UHGV virus genome: UHGV-0335973
Reading direction: 5' to 3' (one strand)
DNA: 38,029 nt
Origin: a virus
Translations under genes and position numbers: made by a program
Notes under the pieces: generated by a model
Databases searched by the model: none
Seen by the model: the letters and a program-made list of their open reading frames with translations, nothing else
What the model was told of the DNA's origin: nothing
Shown: positions 1 through 8,552 of the stretch, in pieces
How the letters are laid out: the number at the start of each line of letters is the position of its first letter
How positions within the stretch are numbered: the stretch's first letter is position 1

Positions 1-79
1 ATGACGCCTCTCTGTGGGCGGCCCAATTTGCGTAGGGAATTCCCTCTACGCAGCCATGACTTTTTAAGGAATTTCCCCT

Positions 80-313
80 ATGTCTAAAGTAAGCGCAATC
101 GATGCAATCCGTCAACCGTTCCAGTTCCAATCCAAATCAACCCAAACCTTCAGCGAACCTAAGCAAATTCGCTTGGGTGGCACAGAGAAAACTGTGTTCG
201 ATCTGGCTAAAAACAAGAGCGTTACCGTAGTTGATGGTGGAACTCTGGTTAACGTTTCCCATCGAATCCGCACTGGCAAAACTGCCAAAGACCGTGCTAA
301 GAAAGGCGAGTAA
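80..313 (+). CDS. hypothetical protein (77 aa)
   Basis: ORF from track; AAGGA Shine-Dalgarno-like sequence upstream of ATG; no recognisable motif. Confidence 0.45.
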   Translation: MSKVSAIDAIRQPFQFQSKSTQTFSEPKQIRLGGTEKTVFDLAKNKSVTVVDGGTLVNVSHRIRTGKTAKDRAKKGE

Positions 314-528
314 TGATAACGCTTGTGTCGATCGTTCACAGAATACACTATCGTCTAGACAAAGGTAAAACCTATAAGTGCAAGAGTAAGACAGGCAATA
401 GATGCTCTGTAGAAAACAACTCTGGTCAATGGGTGGATGTACCTTGTTGTTGGTTCAGGAAAGATTTGACTAACAAAGAAATTGACGAAATCCTTAGTGA
501 TGGTTTTGTAAAATCAAGTGATTTTTAG
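313..528 (+). CDS. hypothetical small Cys-containing protein (71 aa)
   Basis: ORF overlapping upstream stop by 1 nt (TAATG); no recognisable motif. Confidence 0.35.
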   Translation: MITLVSIVHRIHYRLDKGKTYKCKSKTGNRCSVENNSGQWVDVPCCWFRKDLTNKEIDEILSDGFVKSSDF

Positions 529-542
529 TTGTAGTAACGCCT

Positions 543-564
543 ATAGCCTTCTTCGGAGGGCTAT
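543..564 (+). other. stable RNA hairpin with UUCG tetraloop, no downstream T-tract
   Basis: ATAGCC...GGCTAT stem around TTCTTCGGAG; not followed by U-run, so possible processing/stability element rather than terminator. Confidence 0.3.
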
Positions 565-722
565 GTGAGTTATTCTGACTCAACTAACCTAATCTTAATA
601 TATTTCCCGTATGGGGCCGATGCTAGGGAGAGGAATAATCCTCGAACATCCGTCGGATAGATATTTTAAGAGCAGGTTATCCACAGATATTGGGTAATAT
701 CTTTTTTTTGGATTTAAAGCTT

Positions 723-747
723 GGCTCTTTTCGGAGAGTCCTTTTTT
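723..747 (+). terminator. putative rho-independent terminator
   Basis: GGCTCT-TTTCGG-AGAGTCC hairpin followed by TTTTTT. Confidence 0.5.
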
Positions 748-766
748 AAATTCAATGAGAGGAAAT

Positions 767-919
767 ATGTCTAAATTAGATTTAAAACTGCTAGCAGCAG
801 CGGTAGTGATTTGTGCACTAGCACTGGTAACGCAGAGAACATCTGGATTTATTCAGTGTTTCTTTTCTGGGCAATCCACTTATCAGTGGGTTATTGACGA
901 GTGTAAACAACAGGAGTAA
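767..919 (+). CDS. small hydrophobic protein (50 aa), not in ORF track
   Basis: ATG preceded by GAGAGGA; hydrophobic segment LLAAAVVICALALV; stop 2 nt before next gene. Confidence 0.35.
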   Translation: MSKLDLKLLAAAVVICALALVTQRTSGFIQCFFSGQSTYQWVIDECKQQE

Positions 920-921
920 GT

Positions 922-1284
922 ATGAATACACGTCCCATTAAGGGCAACGTTAATATTGAAACTCTGAACAAGGTTGCATCAAATCTCGGTGGAATGTCCA
1001 ACGATGAGCTTGAGCAAGAACTTGCTTGGATTGCAAATGGTATCAAAGTTGCTAAAGGTAAGATTGCTCGTGAGCAAAGCAACATGAAAGCTCACAAGTA
1101 TATCATCCGTCGTGCAAATGTGTTACCAGAGCGGGTTGTACATCTTGCCCGTAAAAACTACGCAGACGCAAAGAAAGCTCTGGAAGAAGCTACTTTCCAG
1201 AAGCATCAATTTATGAACAACTATCGAAACTTCCGAGATATTCTCTATATCCGTAAATCGATCGAGTTGATTAAAAACCAATAG
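922..1284 (+). CDS. hypothetical protein (120 aa)
   Basis: ORF with AGGAG upstream; no recognisable motif. Confidence 0.55.
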   Translation: MNTRPIKGNVNIETLNKVASNLGGMSNDELEQELAWIANGIKVAKGKIAREQSNMKAHKYIIRRANVLPERVVHLARKNYADAKKALEEATFQKHQFMNNYRNFRDILYIRKSIELIKNQ

Positions 1285-1295
1285 AGGTTGGTATA

Positions 1296-2489
1296 ATGTT
1301 TCCAGTAACATTAGAAGATACTGAAGGTAATGTTTTAACGGTCAACCCTCCTTGTTATGGGTTCCTTCAGCTTCGCAACTATAATGGTGGCGTTGATGAA
1401 GATGATGACGAAGATGAATACTTCGACCCTAACATGTATGAGGCAACCCATGGATGGAATATGCACGTTCGAGTGTGGCATGAAGAAGCTAACGTTCGTA
1501 GTGCTGATGGGGAAGAGTTCCTGTTAAGCCGAGAGATGGATATGTGTAAAATCAAGCATATCTGGAACTCCGGAACTCACATGAAGATGTTAGGTTTTAG
1601 ACGTTGGCGTGATGGAAAACCTGTATCCGCAGCTTTAGGTTGGGGTGCAATTGATCACGAAGGCGAGCTTAAAAATAACATTGAGCACTGGAACGACAAA
1701 AACCCTGAACATCGAACCACACCTCGTGCTGTACTGGAAGCTATGGAAGCATTTGTGGACAAAGATCGTCCCTCCTGTTTACGCTGGCACGAGAAAGGTT
1801 TTATGGGGGTAGCAACTGAGAACGTTCCCGCTGATCGTTGTCTGTTCTATTTGATGTTAGACCGAACCTTCTATTGTGAAGATGAAGAGAGTCAAGTTGA
1901 AACCTTCCTTCATAAATGGTTGGTTGAAGGTTGGACAATCCTTCAAGCTTATGTCTACTCACGAATGGTTAGCACTCACACTAACCTCTTGGGAGAAAAG
2001 AAAGCAACTCTGGTTGGTAACGATTGGGATGCTTGTATTTTCCCAGCGTCACTATTTACGGTTGGCATGGCTGATAAATATGCCGAAGCATTTAAAGTGC
2101 CTTGGCGTCAACAGTCATACAGAGATGGTTGTGGTCACTTTCGTGATGAAGACTTTAAGTGGATTCATTATGAGAATGATGAAACAGCAGAGCTACGAGT
2201 TAATAACTCAATGTTCTTACCAGTGATGCACCCTGATTTGGTAGAGAGTGGGTCAGAAATACTGAAATGTGATAACCTTTTGGTTAACTTTGCTCGTCGT
2301 GTCTCTAAAGATGAAAGAACAGCAAATAAATTAGTATATGGCATTCGTGCTGAGACTAAAGATCTGTTCAACATCTATAACATTGTTCAGCGATTTAGTA
2401 GTGGAACTCTGGACCAAAGTTCGGAGTATTCAGTGATTCCGTCCTCTGAGTGGGATGGTATTATGAGCGGATTATTTTTAGGAAAATAA
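1296..2489 (+). CDS. hypothetical protein (397 aa), first gene of the ligase-module operon
   Basis: long ORF, tight spacing with downstream genes; no recognisable motif. Confidence 0.6.
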   Translation: MFPVTLEDTEGNVLTVNPPCYGFLQLRNYNGGVDEDDDEDEYFDPNMYEATHGWNMHVRVWHEEANVRSADGEEFLLSREMDMCKIKHIWNSGTHMKMLGFRRWRDGKPVSAALGWGAIDHEGELKNNIEHWNDKNPEHRTTPRAVLEAMEAFVDKDRPSCLRWHEKGFMGVATENVPADRCLFYLMLDRTFYCEDEESQVETFLHKWLVEGWTILQAYVYSRMVSTHTNLLGEKKATLVGNDWDACIFPASLFTVGMADKYAEAFKVPWRQQSYRDGCGHFRDEDFKWIHYENDETAELRVNNSMFLPVMHPDLVESGSEILKCDNLLVNFARRVSKDERTANKLVYGIRAETKDLFNIYNIVQRFSSGTLDQSSEYSVIPSSEWDGIMSGLFLGK

Positions 2490-2499
2490 AAGGTTAGTT

Positions 2500-3471
2500 A
2501 TGTCAATCTCCACAACGATCGTACCTCTTAATCTTCAACAAGATTTAGGGGAACAGAAGTTCTTAGGTCGTGGGTGCTTCGGTATCCACAACTACATGCA
2601 AGGTCAAGTCGTAGCTGATATTAATGGTGAAACTATCTCGGAAGAAGGGCGTTATCGTCGTTTCAACCGTGATATCAACTTGCAACTGGAGATGTTGAAT
2701 TACTGGACTCACTCTTTTCACGGTCATATTGCATCTGAAATTGAAAAGAACTTGGTTGAAACAGCAGACATTATGAACTCCATGTCTTGCTATCGTCACG
2801 TATTTACGATCACTTCGGCGAATAGTGTTGCTGTCAACCTTCGTGAGCATCCAGCAGATCAGATCTTCACAGGACTTATGCTCTTCCGTAGTATTCTGGA
2901 AGGGCAATATCGTGGAATGGATTTCCTAGCAGAAGGAATTGAAGACAGGGAAGAGTGGCTGAAGCGTAAACGCATCGGCATCGCTCTAGTGTTAGCTGGG
3001 TTGGGTCGTGACTTCTTCGGTGGATGGTCTCAACGAGGAAGAGCCAATGGGAGTAGCGAGAGCACCTCTATTGTTATTAACAACAATATGTCAGCAGCAG
3101 CATTCCTTCCTTTGGTTGTAGACTCTGATGAATATACGAAGCAAGTATGGGTTCAAAACCCTTTCGGTGTTGGTGACAACAAGGATGGTTATGTTCGCAA
3201 CCATAACCAAGATGCCTTACGAAGATTTGCTCGTGCTAAAGATCAAGACCCAGACGAGTATGAAACAATGTCAGAGTGGTTAAGACTCTGGTCCAACTGT
3301 CATGGTCACAAACGTGAATCAATAGACGACAAGTTGGGAAACATTACAGTACAAAACTTTACATCCCGACTGATTCAAAGAACTGGAGCAGATTCCGGTC
3401 TTACTCTTGAAGAAGTTGGTAACACAATCTCATCTCTCTTTTCTGAACTAGTGGAGTATTACAATGACTAA
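2500..3471 (+). CDS. hypothetical protein (323 aa)
   Basis: long ORF, overlaps next gene by 8 nt. Confidence 0.6.
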   Translation: MSISTTIVPLNLQQDLGEQKFLGRGCFGIHNYMQGQVVADINGETISEEGRYRRFNRDINLQLEMLNYWTHSFHGHIASEIEKNLVETADIMNSMSCYRHVFTITSANSVAVNLREHPADQIFTGLMLFRSILEGQYRGMDFLAEGIEDREEWLKRKRIGIALVLAGLGRDFFGGWSQRGRANGSSESTSIVINNNMSAAAFLPLVVDSDEYTKQVWVQNPFGVGDNKDGYVRNHNQDALRRFARAKDQDPDEYETMSEWLRLWSNCHGHKRESIDDKLGNITVQNFTSRLIQRTGADSGLTLEEVGNTISSLFSELVEYYND

Positions 3472-4270
3472 GCGCAATTTCTTAATAGGCAGCGACCCTG
3501 AGATGTTCGTCCGTACCAGCAACGGTATTATCACCTCTGTGGCTGGTCTGTTAGGCTGTTCTAAGGATGATAAGATCACTCTGGCTAAGGATGTTCGTCT
3601 TCAAGAGGACAACGTACTGGCTGAGTTTGATATTGACCCACAGAGCGGTTTTGAAGCGTTTAACGATAACATGCAACGTGGTATTGATCTCACCAATAAT
3701 GTCCTGAACAAACTGGACATGGAAATAGCTCCGGGTGTTAGCTCTCACATCTTCACTGAAGAAGAGATGAAAACTTTCAACGAATCAGCGTTCATCTTCG
3801 GGTGCACTCCTGATTTCAACGCCTTCACTGGTCAGAAGAATCCATCCCCGACTTCTCAGAATAAGGGACTTCGTACTGCCGGTGGTCACGTACATCTTGG
3901 TGTGGTTGGTGCTTTGGATATCACTCTGCAAACCCAGATGATGTTGGGTGTGCTGTGTGATTACTTCCTATCCCTCCCAGCAGTAATTATGGACAAAGAT
4001 ACTCGCCGTAAAGAACTCTACGGTAAAGCATCTGCAATCCGTTATAAAGACTATGGTATTGAATACCGTTCTCTGTCTAACTTCTGGATTAGTGGTCGTG
4101 AAAACCGTAAGTTTGTTTACGATCAGGTTGACAAGGTTGTTCAGCAGTGCGATATGTCCACTCTGATGGCATTGCACTCTCGTCTTCCGATTGAGAAGCT
4201 TCATGAAATCATTAACGGGAACAACGTTAAAGAAGCGGACCAGCAGATCAAACTCCTTCAGGTAGCATAA
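3464..4270 (+). CDS. amidoligase-like protein (divergent Amidoligase_2 / glutamine-synthetase-like COOH-NH2 ligase)
   Basis: N-terminal LIGSDPEMF acidic strand, GGHVHLGV and IEYRS motifs that parallel GVGIELELEG, STHVHMD and GSIEFR in the neighbouring amidoligase. Confidence 0.45.
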   Translation: MTKRNFLIGSDPEMFVRTSNGIITSVAGLLGCSKDDKITLAKDVRLQEDNVLAEFDIDPQSGFEAFNDNMQRGIDLTNNVLNKLDMEIAPGVSSHIFTEEEMKTFNESAFIFGCTPDFNAFTGQKNPSPTSQNKGLRTAGGHVHLGVVGALDITLQTQMMLGVLCDYFLSLPAVIMDKDTRRKELYGKASAIRYKDYGIEYRSLSNFWISGRENRKFVYDQVDKVVQQCDMSTLMALHSRLPIEKLHEIINGNNVKEADQQIKLLQVA

Positions 4271-4279
4271 GAGGTTATC

Positions 4280-4897
4280 GTGAGCTTAGTAGCTGATTTT
4301 TCTCATTACTATAATGGTACATGGATTGCTAAACGAGCAGGTAATATCAACCTTCCATGTTTTGTGATTGGTGTTGAGCAGAGCGGTAACTTCCGCAGTG
4401 ATGACTTCTCTCACGAAGCAGAACAGGCTCTGTACTTTGTTGTAGAGCAGTGGTACAAGAACGAGCATGGGAATCTCCGAAACACTACGATGAATATTCC
4501 AGTGTTCGACCCAACTTTGATTCTTGAATCACCTGATGTTGGTTATCTGTTCCATAACGGTAACACTGTAAGCTGGACTCATATCAACCCTGTTCGTCAG
4601 AGAGCGAAGGGTTTGATGGGTAACAAGATCCGAAACGCTCCGGGGGTTGGTCGTTCTATCTCTGGTGAAATGGTTTACAGTCTATTCAATCCTGAATTCG
4701 AAGGATTGGTTACTCGTTATATTTATATCAACCCTACGGATGGTAAGGTGCACTATAAAGGTGCACTGGTAGGACAAGTAGATCTGGAAGCGCCTCGTGA
4801 CTCTTACGGTCAGCAACCAATGCGACTTCTGGAACACTTTCATCACATTTCTGAAAACCTTAGCAATTATAATATTACGTTGGTGGATTCGTTATGA
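4280..4897 (+). CDS. hypothetical protein (205 aa, GTG start)
   Basis: ORF with AAGAGG SD; overlaps next gene (ATGA). Confidence 0.5.
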   Translation: MSLVADFSHYYNGTWIAKRAGNINLPCFVIGVEQSGNFRSDDFSHEAEQALYFVVEQWYKNEHGNLRNTTMNIPVFDPTLILESPDVGYLFHNGNTVSWTHINPVRQRAKGLMGNKIRNAPGVGRSISGEMVYSLFNPEFEGLVTRYIYINPTDGKVHYKGALVGQVDLEAPRDSYGQQPMRLLEHFHHISENLSNYNITLVDSL

Positions 4898-5997
4898 CAA
4901 CTGTAGCGCAAACTTTTGGATATCGAGAAGGTCGTTTAACTGAGGCGCATAGTTCAATTGCACTTCAGTGCGGTGTCGGTATTGAACTTGAACTCGAAGG
5001 TTCCGACCATATCGAAGCAGATATGTGGGATTGTACAGAGGATGGTTCCCTGCGTAATGGTTGTGAAATGGTATGTTCACGGCCTTACAACGGACAGGAG
5101 TTGTTAGACGCTATCAACAACCTGAGTGAAGCAGTAGCTGAATCGCACGCCGAGGGGACTTGGCGTTGCTCTACTCACGTTCATATGGATATGAGGGATG
5201 CTGATAGTAATATCCTCAAGAAAACCATTCTCGCTTGGACCTTCTATGAAAAGATGTTGTTCAAGTGTTCAGGCTACCACCGTTACCGTAGCAACTTCTG
5301 CCCTGCTTTTGCAGTGGTACAAGCACAGGTAATGAATGCCTCTGACGCATTTAACTACGACGATGAAGAGTTCTTCAACCGTCTGGTTCGTTCATGGGAT
5401 AAGTACACATCCCTGAACCTTCTGCCACTTGCCCAATACGGTTCGATTGAGTTCCGTATCAGTGAGCCTAAGTGGAAACGTGGTCAACTTCTCAATCTGG
5501 TTAACCGCTTCTTAATGTTGAAGAAGCTGGCTTTAGATAACGCAGAGATGAGCAATGATCAGTTTATTGAGCATTTAAATACTGTAAGATTTGCCCCAAT
5601 GCTTCCTTACCTTCCTCTGGATTACAATCTGGATGAATCGGATTTGCATTCAGGCTATTGTATGGCCCGTGATGTTTTGTATTGTCGTTCTCATGAAGTA
5701 GAACAGTCTGGTCGTATTCGTTTACGTCGAACCAACTCCAACGGAGAAGTTCTTGTTGACCTACGCCATATCTCAGACTTCTACGGATTCCTTGGATATG
5801 TTCGAGGGAACGCTAACAACTTGTACCAAGAGATTCTGGTTATGCTCCGTACAACTGATCTATCTACTGTACGATCTGCACCAGAGCAACGTATCCGTGC
5901 TATTTTTGACTTACTACGTGAGTCTGGTCACAGTGATAGCAATATCACAGGGTACATTCCAGACCATCTGGAAAATCAGTTAGAGCAAGCGCTGTAA
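4894..5997 (+). CDS. amidoligase (Amidoligase_2 family)
   Basis: GVGIELELEG...EDGSL..GCEMV, CSTHVHMDM, YTSLNL...GSIEFR motifs typical of the family. Confidence 0.65.
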   Translation: MTTVAQTFGYREGRLTEAHSSIALQCGVGIELELEGSDHIEADMWDCTEDGSLRNGCEMVCSRPYNGQELLDAINNLSEAVAESHAEGTWRCSTHVHMDMRDADSNILKKTILAWTFYEKMLFKCSGYHRYRSNFCPAFAVVQAQVMNASDAFNYDDEEFFNRLVRSWDKYTSLNLLPLAQYGSIEFRISEPKWKRGQLLNLVNRFLMLKKLALDNAEMSNDQFIEHLNTVRFAPMLPYLPLDYNLDESDLHSGYCMARDVLYCRSHEVEQSGRIRLRRTNSNGEVLVDLRHISDFYGFLGYVRGNANNLYQEILVMLRTTDLSTVRSAPEQRIRAIFDLLRESGHSDSNITGYIPDHLENQLEQAL

Positions 5998-6076
5998 TCA
6001 ATGGGTGCCTCTGACAAAGGGGCACAATTTAAAGGTTAATTAGATGAAAGGGTTTACCCTTCAGGTGGATTAGAAA

Positions 6077-8107
6077 ATTTGTGGCATCGTATTAGCTGGC
6101 GGTAATCTGTCAAGCACTGATTTAGACGTATTTAACCAACTCTTTTATGCTGGGGTATTCCGAGGACAACATTCCTCCGGTATCTTTGGTCAGCGTAAAA
6201 GTACTAAGGAAGTCTTCACTTATAAAGAAGCTCTTCCTTCTTTCGCATTCATCCTACAAGATGAGTACAAGAAGCACACCACTGGTGAAACAGCTTACAC
6301 TGTAGCACCTTCATGGATTGTTGGTCACAGCCGTCATGCAACGAAAGGTGCAGTTAACGCCAAGAACGCCCATCCTTTCCAACATGGTAACATCACTCTG
6401 GTTCATAACGGAACCTTGATGGACCAAGATCTGTTACCTGACAGCAAAAACTTCGAGGTAGACAGTGAGAACATCTGCCACTCTATTAACACTATTGGTG
6501 CAGCAGAAACTATTCAAAAGCTGGATGGTGCTTTCACCTTAATCTGGCATGATGCTTCTGATAACCGTCTTCATATCATCCGTAACGAAGAGCGTCCATT
6601 CCACCTCGCACGTTGTAACAGAGATTGGTTTGGTGCTTCTGAAGAAGACATGTTGATGTGGATTCTGAAGCGTTCTAGATCTCACAAGAACCGTATTGAT
6701 GAGCATTTTGAATGTAAAGTTGGTACAGAGTATATCTTTGACATGTCAAACAACAGCATGACTCTGGTTGAAGAGGTCGCCCACGAGCTTCCGGTTTTTA
6801 CGGTAGCCAATCGTTGGGGCAGTTATTACTCGAACAACTACAGCCAAAGCAACTATCAAAGTTCCTCAAAAAGCAATACAAGCAATCCTTACGACACGAA
6901 GCCGGGAGTGACAGCGGCAGACGTTCGTCGAAGAAACGCAGTGGTAAGTCAAAACAAAATCGCAAGCGATCGAAACATTGACATTCGCCGCGATATGACT
7001 GTGGAGATCACTCCGCATGAGTTCGTTCCTTATGCAACTGCTGGTGCTGTTCCTTCTCGTGGTAAGATGATTGGTTATATCTACGATGAGAAGTCTCAAG
7101 AGTACATCGAAGGTGATGTTCATAACGTAGATATTAAGGCTTATCAGGATGCACTGAAAGACCCTAAAATTATTTACCGTGGGACAGTATCCTGCATCTC
7201 CGAAGTTAATGCTATGGTTCGTTTAGTGATCACAGCCGGTCGTTTTGTTGACCCATCTCTGGAGAAAAAGGAGTCTGAGTCAACTACTGCTGACTTCGAT
7301 GATGATATCCCTTTTGATATGAATGATAGTTTCGTCAACAAGAATGGCGTTACTATCACTCGTAAATTCTGGGAAGCACACTCTCATGGCGATTGTGGTG
7401 GTTGTGACAAGCACATTGACTGGAAGGATGCACCTAAAGCAGTCTTCGCATATCAGTGCTACTGGCATCCTGAATGTCTGGAAGGTTTGACTAAACCTAA
7501 AGAGGAAGAAGAGGAGGAGACTCCTATTGGTGTTTGTGAAATCTGTGGTGAAGTTAAAACAGAAAATGAGTTCGATGATGAACTTAGTCGTCTTCGTGGT
7601 GAAGATATCTGTAAAGTCTGCGCTGTAGATGTAAAGAAGAAAGTATCTAATGCTACAATCAAAGATGGTTATGTCTGGATTAAAGCAACAGATACAACAA
7701 ACGCCCGTCGTCCTGAATTTGCTTTACGTGTAACTGAAGATATGATCGGTCGTATGACTGTATTACCTTCCTCAGCGAAACAGACAGGCATCACTCTGGA
7801 GGATGTTGTTGATGCTTATGTTGAGAAACGTAGCAACAGTATTTTTGCAATCTCAACTAAGCCAAAAAAGGAGGAACCTGCTGAGAAAGCAGGTGTGTTT
7901 CCTGAATCACGAACAGCTCTCCGCAAAACTGTTGTTAGCTTCGACGGAAACCGAAGCACTGACTTCACCAAAGCCATGTGGTCAACCCTCGGCTACTGCT
8001 CAGAGTGTTTTAAGCAGATTCCGTGGCGCGATGCTGAAAGTTGTACGCTTGGTTCTATGAATCAAGTTTATTGTAATTCTCCTAAATGTTCATTGAATAG
8101 AGGTTAA
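6077..8107 (+). CDS. class II glutamine amidotransferase-like Ntn hydrolase with C-terminal Cys-rich (zinc-ribbon-like) extension; start codon non-canonical (ATT proposed)
   Basis: in-frame CGIVLAGG...GHSRHATKGAVNAKNAHPFQHGNITLVHNGTL resembles GlmS/PurF N-terminal domain with Cys1 nucleophile; Cys codon at 6080 lies 2 codons after in-frame TAG; AGGTGG SD 8 nt upstream of ATT 6077; track ORF 6416-8107 would lack the catalytic domain. Confidence 0.55.
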   Translation: MCGIVLAGGNLSSTDLDVFNQLFYAGVFRGQHSSGIFGQRKSTKEVFTYKEALPSFAFILQDEYKKHTTGETAYTVAPSWIVGHSRHATKGAVNAKNAHPFQHGNITLVHNGTLMDQDLLPDSKNFEVDSENICHSINTIGAAETIQKLDGAFTLIWHDASDNRLHIIRNEERPFHLARCNRDWFGASEEDMLMWILKRSRSHKNRIDEHFECKVGTEYIFDMSNNSMTLVEEVAHELPVFTVANRWGSYYSNNYSQSNYQSSSKSNTSNPYDTKPGVTAADVRRRNAVVSQNKIASDRNIDIRRDMTVEITPHEFVPYATAGAVPSRGKMIGYIYDEKSQEYIEGDVHNVDIKAYQDALKDPKIIYRGTVSCISEVNAMVRLVITAGRFVDPSLEKKESESTTADFDDDIPFDMNDSFVNKNGVTITRKFWEAHSHGDCGGCDKHIDWKDAPKAVFAYQCYWHPECLEGLTKPKEEEEEETPIGVCEICGEVKTENEFDDELSRLRGEDICKVCAVDVKKKVSNATIKDGYVWIKATDTTNARRPEFALRVTEDMIGRMTVLPSSAKQTGITLEDVVDAYVEKRSNSIFAISTKPKKEEPAEKAGVFPESRTALRKTVVSFDGNRSTDFTKAMWSTLGYCSECFKQIPWRDAESCTLGSMNQVYCNSPKCSLNRG

Positions 8108-8111
8108 GTTT

Positions 8112-8345
8112 ATGGAAATCAGAAAAATGATGTTGGATAACGTTGTAACTACTCGACGTATCCCGATGACGAGCACAGGATGTGATAACCTTCGTGCAAT
8201 CCAGAAGTGGATGCAAGCTGGTATTGGTCAAGTACTTGAGACACAGGTTGAGGTTCCATTCCCAACGGTGATCAATAACGTACTTGCTGATTATGTAAAA
8301 ATCAAAGGCATTAAGGTAGAACCTCATGTCAAATCTGGTTCCTAA
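8112..8345 (+). CDS. hypothetical protein (77 aa)
   Basis: ORF in operon context. Confidence 0.45.
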   Translation: MEIRKMMLDNVVTTRRIPMTSTGCDNLRAIQKWMQAGIGQVLETQVEVPFPTVINNVLADYVKIKGIKVEPHVKSGS

Positions 8346-8550
8346 GAAACCGAAGATTACTCTCCTACAGTATTACATAGGAGTTCATATCGAATTAGTA
8401 ACGGAGCAGCGAAAGCTGTATCCGTTCGCTTTCGGTCTGATTGATGCACCATCCGATGAAGTAGAGAACGACGCGTTCAACGACTACTTCGAAATTGAAG
8501 CTCAGATTCAAAAAACTCGTAACGAAATTCTTAAACTTAAAGGTATCTAA
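8326..8550 (+). CDS. hypothetical protein (74 aa) immediately upstream of ATP-grasp gene
   Basis: ORF ends 2 nt before ATP-grasp start. Confidence 0.4.
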   Translation: MSNLVPKKPKITLLQYYIGVHIELVTEQRKLYPFAFGLIDAPSDEVENDAFNDYFEIEAQIQKTRNEILKLKGI

Positions 8551-8552
8551 CA

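Noticed and set aside
1876-2226. Alternative-frame + strand ORF inside the 1296-2489 gene, and similar internal ORFs (5753-5983, 7803-8060, 8938-9186, 11337-11534, 15025-15255, 18095-18370, 23022-23237)
   Set aside because: Embedded out-of-frame in longer, better-supported genes with no independent evidence.
6416-8107. Track ORF start (TTG 6416) for the amidotransferase gene
   Set aside because: Clear in-frame GAT-II homology including the catalytic Cys extends 113 codons upstream to 6080, so the track start would delete the active site.
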